From: the human T2T-CHM13v2.0 reference genome, Homo sapiens
NCBI RefSeq assembly: GCF_009914755.1
Contig: NC_060948.1
Reading direction: 5' to 3' (one strand)
Length of the DNA stretch: 64,000 nucleotides
Under the pieces are notes generated by a model. The model saw nothing but the letters and a program-made list of their open reading frames with translations. It was not told the DNA's origin and searched no databases. The number at the start of each line of letters is the position of its first letter. The stretch's first letter is position 1. Below, piece by piece: positions 1-12,643 of this stretch. The position numbers and the translations under genes were made by a program.

Positions 1-395
1 GCATATTAAAATAAATAAAGAGTAACTAATAAATTTTATAAATTACAAACAGAAAATTCTTCATCCACAGATATGAATGAGAGGAAATGATAAAATATGT
101 TTATGTTCATCAGGTAGAAGAAACATTATAATATGGTTTGGATCTGTGATTCTTATTCAGAATAAGAGAAAAATATCATTAGCATTAACCTTTAAAAATC
201 AAGTTTGAGTGTTAGTATTTTTAGAGTAAACACTATAATACGAGGAAAAAGTGTTTAACTATCAAGCTTTTAGAAGAAGAGTGGGATGATAGCAAAAAAC
301 ATCATTCCAAAGGCAATAAATAAGAAGCAAATGAACATAAGTCATGCAGTTAAAATTAAAAGCAAAGAGTAAAATGTTATATTTAAGTACCAATA

Positions 396-925
396 CAGGA
401 GGTCCCTCTTACCTGTGGTTATCCACTGTCAACTGCAATCCAAATATGTTAAATAGGAAATTCCAGAAATAAAGATTTCATATGTTTTAAACTGTGTACC
501 ATTCTGAGTAACATGATGAAATTTTATGCCATCTCACTCTATCCCATCTGGGACCTGAATCATCCCTTTTTCTGGTATATCTACGGTTTAAGCTGTTTGT
601 TACTTTGTAGACATCACCATTATCCAATTGAATATGGCAGTAATGCCATGCTTGTGTTTCCTTGAACAAAGCATATGGACCCTAAGAATAAGAGTAGTGA
701 TGCTGGTTGTTTGGATATGACAAGGAGAAGCCATACAGTGCTTCCTTTAATGGAAAGATGAACATTCTCAAGTTAGTAAGAAAAAGAAAAGAAATCCTAT
801 GCTAAGTTTACTAAGATTTACATAAGGATAAATCTTCCATTTGTGTAATAGTAAAGATGAAAAAAGAAATTTATGCTAGTTCTTCTATTGCACCTCAAAC
901 TGGAAATATTACAACTACAGCACAA
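396..925 (+). mobile_element. MER44/Tigger7-family DNA transposon fragment (TcMar-Tigger)
   Basis: Starts cagGAGGTCCCTCTTACCTGTGG, then 'ggaaattccagaaataaa', 'aagagtagtgatgctgg' and 'gtgcttcctttaa', matching the recalled MER44/Tigger7 consensus; right end appears truncated. Confidence 0.75.
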
Positions 926-2751
926 TAGTTTATTTTGTGTTTAAATATTAAGCATGTAATATCATTTTAAAAACATAGAAATCATACAGCATATGCTCTT
1001 TGATCACAGTACAATTAAACTAGAAATCAGTAACAAAATGATTGTGAATAAAAGCCCATATTTTTATATTACAAAAATAGTCTACTAAATAGCTCATTGA
1101 TCAAAGAAGAAATGACATAAAATTTTAAATATTTTAAACTGAATTTACTGAAAATACTAAGTACAGAAGTTGTAGAAGGCAGCAAAGTTCATACATAGAA
1201 GATAATTTGTAGTATTAACAGATATTATAATAAAAAGACTGAAATCAATGAGATAATACATTTCAAATAATAGACAAAAACAGCAACTTAAACCTAAGAA
1301 AGTAGAAGGGAGGAATCATAAAGGTAATAATGGAAACTATTGCAATATAAAACAAGCACATAGAGATCATCCAACCCAAATTTTCCTTTTTTGAAAAGAT
1401 TAAAGTTGATAAATTTCTCAACAAAGACAGAAAATATTTAATCAAGAGTGTCAGAAAAAAAGGTACATCATTAGAGATTCAACAGATATTTAAATATAAG
1501 AGAATATTATGAGAAATCTTCATGTTAATAAATTTGTAAATTACTTAAAAAATGAGAAATTCATAGAGAAAGGCAGTTTATCAAATGTGACTTAACAAAA
1601 AGAAACTTGAATATTTCTATATTTAATGAAGAAATTAAATATGTAAGTAAAATGCTTTCTACAAAAAAATTCTAGCTTCAGGTTGTTTGACCAGTGAATT
1701 CCATTAAGTATAAGAAGAGGGCATCAGATAAATATTACATAAAATTTTCCAGAAAACAGAAAAAAATAAAATATTTTCCAAATAGTTTTAGGAGGTCAGC
1801 ATATTATTTTGTCCAGAGCATCACAAAGCCATTATCATTGAACTAAAATACAGACAATACTCTCTCATACACATAAATGAAAAGAAGCCCTAAACAAATT
1901 GTTTGCATATGGATCAATCAATATGAAACCTATTGCAATATTGGTAAAAATCTAGAAATTGCATGGCTGGCCTAATCTTTGTAATGTAATGTAACAAATC
2001 ATTTAAAAATTAATAGGGAAAATTAAGCAGTAATCTCAATAGATGTAAAAAATATGTGATAGCATTAAACATCAATTCATAAAAAATGCTTAGTGAACTA
2101 AGATGAAAAGGGAACTTTGTTAATGTAAGTGATGTTTACAAAAATTCTACAGCAACACCTCACAAAATGTTGATCTATTGTAAGCTTTCCGCTGACATTG
2201 AACAAGAATCACTCCTACTACTTTACATCAATATTTTACTAGAGATCCTAGCCAGTGTAACAAGACTAAACAAAAAAATGAAAGTTAGGAACATTGTATC
2301 ACAGTAACAAATCTATAAATGTTAAAATATATCATGATTGAATATGGGGAAAAAAGAATCTTCAGGTAAATTATGAAAAATAATGTGAGTACCAAAGTTG
2401 CTGAATATATCTATCTATGCATTATTTCTATATATTAGTGGAAAGCATTTAGAAAAATGGATAAAGGATACTATTTCCAATAGAAATAAAAGCCATGAAA
2501 TATCTAGAAATTACTAAAAGGGGTGTAATACTTTCACATTAAAAACTACAAAACATTTGAAAGGGATTTAAGAGCATATAAATAATGAATAGATGTATCA
2601 TGTTCATTATTTGTAAATGAGACAGTTAGGAGTATCAGCTCTTTGGAAGTTAAGAAATAAGCTGGAGGAATTACCCAACAGATATGAAGACTTATGATAA
2701 ACGTACATAAATTAATATAAATACACCAGTTAAGAGAATAGAGTCCTGTAT

Positions 2752-2985
2752 AGTGTGATAGGAATGCCATAGAAAAAGACAAGCTGTGTGGCTTCAACAA
2801 TGGACATTTATTTTCTCACAGTTCGGGGGGCTGGAAGTCCAAGATCAAGATGTCAGCAATTTTTTGTGTTTTTTTTTCCCTGAGGCCTCTCTGGATTGCA
2901 GATGGCATTTTGCTGTGTTCTCACATGGCATTTTCTCTGTGTGTGTGCACTGCTGATGTGTCTCCCACTTTTTATAAGGACACGG
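2752..2985 (-). mobile_element. MLT1 (ERVL-MaLR) LTR fragment
   Basis: 'atttattttctcacagttc...ggctggaagtccaagatcaagatgtcagca...tttataaggacac' is typical reverse-strand MLT1. Confidence 0.75.
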
Positions 2986-3177
2986 ATACTTTATAATATC
3001 CTAAATGTCTATCATCAGGTGAATGGATAAATAAATTATAATATATCATAACAAGAACAATACTTAGCAATAAATGAAGAAATAAACTACTGATACATGC
3101 AAGAACACGGATGAATTTTACAGCTGTAGTAATGAAAGAAACAAGCCAGACACCAAACAGTGCATACTGCATGATTC

Positions 3178-4024
3178 TGACACGAGAGTGCTGGGAAGGG
3201 AAGAGCATAGTCCCTTTAAATGACACAGAAGGTGGGAAGGGAAGTGCCAGGTAGAGAAAGGCAGGTCACTGCCTAGGGCTCCAGCCCCACGGACCTAGGT
3301 GAGGACGGGCATTTCCTGCCGAAATGTTGCATTTCCCAAGACCACCCTGGCCTGCCATGCCCCCATCCTGAGCCTATAAAAACCGGAGACTCTAGTGGGC
3401 AGACACAAGTGACCACATGTTGAGAGGAGCACATCAGTGGAAGAAGACGCAAGTGGCTGGTCGTCAAGAGGACGTCAAGAGGAGCACTCTGGCAGAAGAG
3501 CGCTCTGACAGGCACCTGCTCGCCAGCAGGCAGGCCATTGACGGGTGGGACAAGGGTGAGTTTGGCCGGGGCAGTCGGAGGAGAGCCGGGGCCACCAAGT
3601 GGCCCAACTCCATGGGAAAACCACCTTCCTTCTGGCTCCCCCATCAGCGCAGAGCTACTTCCACTCAATAAAACTTCGCACTAATTCTCCAAGCCCCTGT
3701 GTGATCCAATTATTCCGGTACACCAAGGCAAGAAACCTCAGGACACAGAAACCTTCTGTCCTTGTGATAAGGAAGGGGGTCTAATTCAGCTGGTTAACAC
3801 AAGCTACCCATAGATGGCAAACTAAAACGGCACCCTCTAACACACGCCCACTGGGGCTTCAGGAACTGTAAACATTCACCCCTAGACACTGCTGTGGGGT
3901 TGGAACCCCACGGCCTGCCCATCTGTATGCTCCCCTAGAGGTTTGAACAGCAGGGTATTGAAGAAGCAAGCCACACCCCCATTGCACACCCTGTGTGGAG
4001 GACAAGGGAACCTTTCCCATTTCA
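3178..4024 (+). mobile_element. Solo LTR1-family (ERV1, HUERS-P2) LTR
   Basis: TG...CA termini; 4-bp TSD ATTC at 3174-3177 and 4025-4028; TATAAAAA at ~3375; AATAAA at ~3667; sequence matches the recalled LTR1 consensus. Confidence 0.85.
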
Positions 4025-4394
4025 ATTCCATGTATATTTATTTCAGAAATAGATGAAGCACTCCTTGTTGAAAACAATCAAAATCTTGCTTCTGAGAAAG
4101 ATGTATTTACTTACGTTGGGTACAGGAATTTTCTTGTTTCATAATATGAACATTTAATTTCAATGATATATAGAGTGTTGGGTTTATTTGTATTTGATAT
4201 ATTTGTATTTAGTGTATTGTATTTAGTGTATACATTTGTCAAGACTTAACTGTACATTTAAATTTATGCATTTTGTTGTATGAAAATTATTCTTTAGTAA
4301 AATACTTATAAATATTATCAGAAAAAAATGACTTGTGAGTAATCAACTGGATTTGCCTAGATATTTCACTTTTTAAAACAAAATAATTATAATT

Positions 4395-4622
4395 TTAATT
4401 TCTTAGTGTATTTTTATGTATCAGAGAGTTTAACTACTTCATATATATAAATTAATTTGATCCTCATATCTAACCTATGAAATAAATATTAGTATCAACA
4501 TTTTACATATTAGAAAACTAAGGCACAACTTTAAGTAACTTTTTCAAAGTTGCATAACAAGTGAGTGAAAGAGCTGAGATTCAAATCCAGGCAGACTGGC
4601 TCCAAAGTCCATGTTCTTAATA
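4395..4622 (-). mobile_element. MIR SINE
   Basis: 'gaaaactaaggcaca...agctgagattcaaatccaggcagactggctccaaagtccatgttcttaa' MIR core and 5' region. Confidence 0.75.
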
Positions 4623-5757
4623 ATTGTCTTAAAATTAGTTACTTTAAGCAGAACTATCATACATATTATGAACATTTAAAGCTTCCTACTTATGTAATTA
4701 CATTTTAAAAGCAATCATACTATATCTGCTGGCTTTATAAAGTATTAACTTTGCCATATACTACAACTATTTCAACAAAAATTTTTGGCATCAATATTAC
4801 AAAGACACAGTCAGCTCCAATTTGGAGGTACAGTCATACTATTTCTTTCAACAAAATGATATCTTTTTAACATTTTAAATAAAATTAAATCCAATGAAGA
4901 CAGATGCCAAAAAAAAAGACTTCTATGCATCAAGATAATAGCAAAGTTCATCAATAAAACAATCTGCAAATCTCCCATTGAAGGGGCAAATAGCTTAAGT
5001 AGTCATTGCATAAACTCCTTATGCTTATATCAATTACAAATGTTAACTAATGTTATCAATACAAATGTAAATTTTTTCTTCTATTAGTCTGTTAATAAAT
5101 GTACTGAAAACAAAATTAGACAAAAATGTAATAAATATTATAAAATGTTTCATTTGAATTTGTTTGACCAACATAGTAAGATTTTCATTGCATAAAATAG
5201 CACAGGAAAGACAGAACACTTGTTGATTAAGAGAAATTTTCAGGTTTTATTTTCTAAATTTAGCCTTAAACAAAGTTATTGAGAATATGTACATAATAAA
5301 TTTTCTTTATATTTTAATTCATTTGTCTATTCAACAAGTATTTATTGATTATCTATTAACTGTTAGGCGGTACTAAATAAAACTATCAATTTGTAGATTA
5401 AAAATATTCAGATATTAGCAATTTTTTCTGGTCCAACCTAATACATAGTATTAAGCTAGGTACTAAGTATGATTCAGATTGAAGAATACAGTACATTTTT
5501 TTCTGGCCTCATTGGGTGATTCAAGGCTTGCATCACTACATAAGTGAGATAACAAGCCATAGTAATTTGTACTAAAGAGCCAAAATACTATGGGATTTTA
5601 GAAAAGGAGAAAATTAATATGGTCTGGAATGCATAGACAGATGGAATTTAACACTTCAATACATTTCTGTTGAGGCAGCTAAATAGTCATTTGAAAATAT
5701 GATGCATCTGTGAAATGTATGGATACTACTCTACATGATTTTTAAATTTTGGACAGG

Positions 5758-6892
5758 TTTTTTTTTTGACTTTTATTTTAAGTTCAGGAGTACAAGCACA
5801 GGTTTGTTACATTGGTAAACTTGTGTCAGGGGGTTTGTTGTACAAATTGTCATCACCCAGGTGTCTGGTACCCAGTAGTTATTTTTTTCTGATCATCTCC
5901 CTCCTCCAACCCTCCACCCTCTGAAAGGCCCCAGTGTGTGGTGTTCCCATCTATATATCCATGTGTTCTCATCATTTAGCTCCCACTTATAAGTGAGATC
6001 ATGTGGAATTGGGTTTTCTGTTCCTCTGTGAGTTTGCTAAGGATAATGGCCTCCTGCTCCAACCACATCTCTGTAAACAACATAATCTTATTTTTTATGG
6101 CTGTATAATATTCCGTGGTGTACATGCACCACATTTTCTTTACCCAGTCTTTCACTGATGGGCATTTAGGTTGATTCCATGTCTTTGCTATTGTGAATAG
6201 TGCTGCAACGAACATAAGCATGCATGTGTCTGTATAATAGAACAGTTTGTATTCCTTTGGGTATATACCCAGTAATGGGATTGCTGGATAGTATAGCATT
6301 TCTGTCTTTAAGTCTTTGAGGAATTGCCACACTGTCTTCCACAATGGTTGAACTAATTTACACTACCATCAACAGTGTATAAGCGTTCCTTTTTCTGTGT
6401 AACCTCACCAGCATCTGTTATTTTTTTACTTTTTAATAATAGCCATTCTGACTAGTGTGAGATGGTATCTCATGGTTTTTATTTGCATTTCTCTAATGAT
6501 CAGTGATGATGAGCTTTTTTTCATATTATTGTTGGCCTCATGTACGTCTTATTTAGAAAGGTGTGGGTTCGTTTCCTTTGTCCACTTCTTAATGGGGTTG
6601 TTTGTTTTTTATTCTTATAAATTTCTTTAAGTTTCTTATAGATGCTGGATATTAGACCTTTGTTGGATGCATAGTTTGCAAAAATTTTCTCCCATTCTGT
6701 AGGTTTTCTGTTTACTCTGTTGACAGTTTATTCTGCTGTGCAGAAGGATTTTAGTTTAATTAGATCACATATGTTAATTTTTGCTTTTGTTGCAATTGTT
6801 TTTGTGTCTTCATCATGAAATCTCTGCCGGTGCTCAATGGATGCAGAAAAGGCTTTCAATAAAATTTAACATCCATTCATGTTAACAACTCT
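5758..6892 (-). mobile_element. 5'-truncated L1PA (older PA13-16-like) 3' end with a short inverted ORF2 piece at its 5' junction
   Basis: Poly-T then L1 3'UTR; ORF 5976-6344 is the ORF2 C-terminus (MWKTVWQFLKDL...[12 protein letters not shown]). 6835-6892 is sense-strand ORF2 ('tcaatggatgcagaaaaggctttcaataaaatt'). Confidence 0.85.
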
Positions 6893-8396
6893 ATATTATT
6901 GTAATCTTAACACTGGAAACATCTGTAGATTTATTGTCCTTTTTTTCCTGTGGTCATATAGCTATTTAATACTATAATCAAAATGAATACATTATTTGCA
7001 TTATTATTATTTTCCACTGGGTTCAAAACGAATTATGAAACAACACAGCATTTATAAGACTATCTTTGTACTCCCCAAAATTTTGTATCACAGCACCTAG
7101 CAATGTTTGGGTTACTAAATAAATAGTTACTGATCTGAAATAAAATGTCATGATCATATAATTGTAGAAAAATTCCCTCATGGCTTCAATAGTAATGCCT
7201 CATTTTATAAATAAAAGGAGATATGCCAAATTGATGAAACAGAGAAATACACATTTTCTTTATTGTGCAATATATTTTGATATTTATGCAGGACCCCTAA
7301 AGCTCAACCTACAAATCATAATCAAGATGTAATAAGCTGCAATACTATTAATAATTAACTTCTGACAAGAAATAAGATTATTTCATTAGAAAAATAAAAA
7401 CTTCTTTGAAAGTTTTTTTCCATTGATGGACATTAGAAAGTATATTTTTGAAAAAAAATAGAAAACTTTAAAGTAAAATTTTTCCATCATGAAAAACAAA
7501 ATGTTATTGTTATATTGGTGACTCCAGCTTTGAAGTAAGCAAAGGATGGCAAAGAACACAAGCTCAATGGAATTCTGATGTTAGAGGATTAAGATAAGTT
7601 ACTATTATTACTAGTTTCCACGGTGGTATATTACTGAAATGTATTTTTAAGAAGTTCTGAAAATCATTTTATCCACAGCTAGCCAGGAGACAAATAATCT
7701 GCAAACTCACTCAAATTTGGCTATAGTTAGAAAATTAATTTCAACTTCTTCCTAAGGAACTGTGTACAGGAAAGCATGCTTCAAACTTACTATTTCTTTG
7801 GAGCCCAGGGGCTTTCCCTAAAAATTTGGGGGACAGATACTTCTTAATATATTAAAAAACACTTTTTTCTATTCATTGCAACTGGCTACCTCTATGTATT
7901 ATCAGTTCTACCTGTCATTTTTCTTAATTTTAATTTTATGCAATTACACTGACACTATAATATTATCTATGGGTTCAACATAAGACTATTAAGACAGTTC
8001 TGTGTATAAGTCATCTAAATAGATGTCTGTCATCTGTTCTAGTTTGAAAGGCATGCAAAAAAGAATATTGAGAAGTCACCTTTGGAACCCCATTCCAGTG
8101 TCTAATCACCCTTTATAGACACATTTTTCATGACTCCCTGTACTCAAAGTCAAAACAGAGCTTTATGTCTTCCTTCACCATAAAATGAATCCTGTGACAA
8201 GTTTCCAACCAAAGATTTTAATCATTAAATCCACACTATACTTGGAGCCTTACAATTTTCTTACAGATTAATTTCAACGGTTTTTTACAACAAGCATCAT
8301 ATCATTATATTAGGTTGAAAACTAGATTAATTAGGCAAATAAAACACTGGAGTCCCCAGATTTTTCTGTATAACCTGTAGATAAAAAGTGTTCTGA

Positions 8397-8815
8397 GGCT
8401 GGGCACAGTGGCTCACTCCTGTAATCCCAGCAATTTGGGAGGCCAAGGTGGGCAGATCACCTAAGGTCAGGAGTTCAAGACCAGCCTGGCCAATATGGCA
8501 AACCCTGTCTCTACTAAAAATACAAAAATTAGGTGGGGTGCGGTGGCTCACACCTGTAATCCTAGCACTTTGGGAGGCTGAGGTGGGTGGATCACGAGGT
8601 CAGGAGTTCAAGACTAGCCTGGCCAACACGGTGAAACCCTGTGTCTACTAAAAATACAAAAATTAGCCAGGTGTGGTGGCCCGTGCCTGTAATCCCAGCT
8701 ACTCAGGAGGCTGAGGCAGGAGGATCTCTTGAACCTAGGAGGCAGAGGTTGCAGTGAGCTGAGATTGGCCCACTGCACTGCACTCCAGCCTGGGCAACAG
8801 AGTGAGACTGTCTCG
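8397..8815 (+). mobile_element. Compound Alu: left monomer followed by a full AluS (left-left-right)
   Basis: Two consecutive left arms, each ending 'ctactaaaaatacaaaaattag' (8397-8532 and ~8533-8666), then one right arm. Confidence 0.9.
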
Positions 8816-9045
8816 AATATATATACATATATTTTGGTGTACCCACTCTTCCACTATGCAGATGATAAAACATTTGGTCTACTCTACAACTGCTGTACAC
8901 TTTTAAATGCTATAGTCTACTTCATAGCTTATATATTCCACTGAACTTTTCGCTTAAGACTCCAATAAATCTCCACAATAAATCTCAAGGGAGGAGCCAC
9001 TTAAAACAGACTAAGGCTTTCTAACCATCCTAAGGACAAACTCTT

Positions 9046-9349
9046 TTTTTTTTTTTTTTTTTTTATCTTTGAGACAGAGTCTTGCTCTGTCACCCAGGCT
9101 AGAGTGCAGTGGTGGGACTTGGCTCACTGCAACCTCCGCCTCCGGGGTTCACACCATTCTCCTGCCTTAGCCTCCCAAGTAGCTGGGACTATAGGCACCC
9201 GCCACCACGCCCGGCTAATTTTTGTATTTTTATTAGAGACGGGGTTTCACTATATTGGTCAGGCTGGTCTCGAACTCCTGACCTCTTGATCCACCCGCCT
9301 CGGCCTCCCAAAATGCTGGGATTACAGGCGTGAGCCACAGTGCCCGGCC
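9046..9349 (-). mobile_element. AluS (Sg/Sc-like)
   Basis: Full Alu with poly-T; TSD AGGACAAACTCTT at 9033-9045 and 9350-9362. Confidence 0.95.
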
Positions 9350-9903
9350 AGGACAAACTCTTAATGCCATGAGCAGTTCATGGGAAATCCTAAATTGCAG
9401 AATTAATCTAGCAGTAGGGAAATGTGGGACCTTGTTCTGATCCACGACCACTCTGGAAAAAATCAACAGAGGATTGTGTCATTGCCAAGTAAATTTGAAT
9501 GCTCAAGGAAGACATTAGAACTAATTCGTCCAGCTGGAATATCTTTGCACATTATCTAAGCAGACATATAGAATACCTTGGGGCCTAGATAATTGTTTTA
9601 GATCAGTTCATCTTTTGACCCACAACCTCCAGAGCTTGTATTAAGGTTTGGCTTGGATTGATAAAGCTCAGCATGAAATCAAATAACTGGTAAGGAGTAT
9701 AAAATCTATGTTAATATTTTAATCTTAAAATAACTAATACATTTCTTCAACAGCCCTGAGTTCTAGAAAAGAACCAGAATTGTTAACAGAATAGTAAGTA
9801 CCTTGAGGAAAGAATGATCAAATAGCTCTTATGTTCCATCACTTTATTAAGTTAAAAAATATATATGTGTAACATGTTTATCTGTTTTAAAATGTTACGA
9901 CAG

Positions 9904-10920
<1,017 letters not shown>

Positions 10921-11594
10921 ACAGTACTAAGAAGGTAAAATAACTCTGCGGAAGTGTGTCTTCCTCTGAGTAGTTCATTCAGTACTTGATAAGCAAATAT
11001 ACTAAGCTCTATTTAATTGAGTTTAAAAAACTGTAAGTTACATTAATATAATACATATATGGCATTATATTATGAATCTAGAAATACAAGCAAAGCTCTA
11101 GCACATTTCCCCCAGAATTTAATTAGATAAAACTCTTTGTTGAGTCAACTCTTTGCTTTTCTCAGTCTAATTGAATGAACATTTTCATCTGTGAACTAAA
11201 CTAGAAACGTAACTAAAGTTTCTGTTGAAACCTAATTCTGAATAAATGTAATATCAATACTGGTGTCTTCTGTTTCCAAACTACATCTAAATACTCATGA
11301 ACTTCCTATGCATATAATTTTGTTTCTTGGCCAATCAACCCTAAAAGTTTATTTTGAAAAGTTACTAAATAAAACGTGGAATTTCTCTATTAAAATGAAG
11401 TATTATATAAACCAATAAGAATTCTTTTTGACAAAACAATTAATTCATTGAGTATAAAAATATTATGCAGTGACTAAATGCCAGCAGTTACATCTTTACA
11501 CAAGCAGGGAATGCACTAGCCAAAAAAGCACACCCTCAATTATTTTTTTTTCCCCCCAGCAAGTAGCTTCTCTGAGGAGGAGAACAAGGTAAAA

Positions 11595-11712
11595 GAGGCA
11601 GTTGGTACAAACTGCAGGTGGCTGGCTGCTGAGGGAGAGGTGTCATTTGGGAAGCACAGCAGGTGGCCTAAACTGAGAAGAAGATGACATTTAGAGACAG
11701 CAGCAGGTGTTT
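11595..11712. promoter_or_regulatory. Candidate enhancer: clustered E-boxes
   Basis: GCAGGTG with CAGGTG at 11615, 11660 and 11704, plus CAGTTG 11599 and CATTTG 11644, in a locally GC-richer unique patch. Confidence 0.3.
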
Positions 11713-12366
11713 GCTATGAGGGAGAAGGACCTCTCTCCAAAGTTGTCAATGATTGCATTCGTTCATTTCTGCTGCAATAATCTGGTATTTGGCATTTAAA
11801 CTGACAGCACCAGATATGCCTAAAAATAATTATGAATCCAAACCTTTTGCTGGCTAAAAAAATATTACAAAGGCATTATTTCTGCTTATGATTGAATCAA
11901 AATACAAACAATTGACAAAATGTTAAAGATAGCATTATAGTTTTTTCAATTACATTTTTAAAAAGCAAGATTTTGAATATTTTAAGCAGATCAAAATTTT
12001 TGAATATAAAAGATATAGTCATAAATTTAATTCATCATTAAGAGTAGTAAAGTAGAAAGCTAATTGTTACTCAAATTGGTTTTTAAATGAATAGATTCCC
12101 AGACACTATGATCATTTTCATGGTGTAGAAGTTACCAATGCCAAAAGTTATCTACTTATCATTTAAAAGTAGAATGTATAAAGAGGAGACTTTATCACGC
12201 TTAAACCAAAAAAGAGATTCAATTATTGCAAGTTTGCATATGAGAATTATTAAGACAATTCAAGTAGCTTGCATGAACAATGCTAGAGATTTGGGAGGCC
12301 TAAAGATTAAAAGCTTCCCGGGAAACAAGAATAAAAGTGACGACATTGGCTGTGTTCTATTTTCAG

Positions 12367-12427
12367 ATTCTAAAATTCATTACATTTGTAGAATGATCAT
12401 AGAACAATCAAAAGTCCATAAAATACT
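12367..12427 (+). other. Candidate exon A (61 nt)
   Basis: Acceptor tgttctattttcAG; donor ACT|GTGAGT. Confidence 0.3.
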
Positions 12428-12503
12428 GTGAGTATGCCCCATAACTTTGAGAACTCATTTCTGGACAATTATTTATTCTATCCAACTTGTATTCTTTTTT
12501 CAG

Positions 12504-12643
12504 CTTTGGTCTGCTTGTAAAACTCACAAATGGCAATGGGACCATGCTAGTGCAATCACAAAGAGAAGCCCTGCCAATCATCCACTTTCCTACTCTCCAT
12601 AAGCAGAGACTCTGTGCAGAAATTCCAGCACGCAGAAGCAGAG
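12504..12643 (+). other. Candidate exon B (140 nt)
   Basis: Acceptor ttgtattcttttttcAG; donor GAG|GTCAGT; 76-nt GT-AG gap from exon A; spliced frame open. Confidence 0.3.

Larger units (their letters stand above)
950..4310 (+). mobile_element. Ancient L1M (ORF2 plus 3' end remnants), interrupted by MLT1 and LTR1
   Basis: Degenerate ORF2 motifs ('aattaaactagaaatcagtaac', 'aatctcaatagatgtaaaaaa', 'tcctagccagtg'). The 3' end 'tactgcatgattc|catgtatat' continues across the LTR1 insertion. Confidence 0.75.

Noticed and set aside
3273-4077. 131-aa and overlapping GC-rich ORFs
   Set aside because: Lie within the LTR1 solo LTR; no coding evidence.
9754-9793. 40-nt exon-like segment (caacAG...ATA|GTAAGT)
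   Set aside because: Such signals are common by chance in AT-rich DNA; splicing to the 12.4-kb candidate would create a stop.
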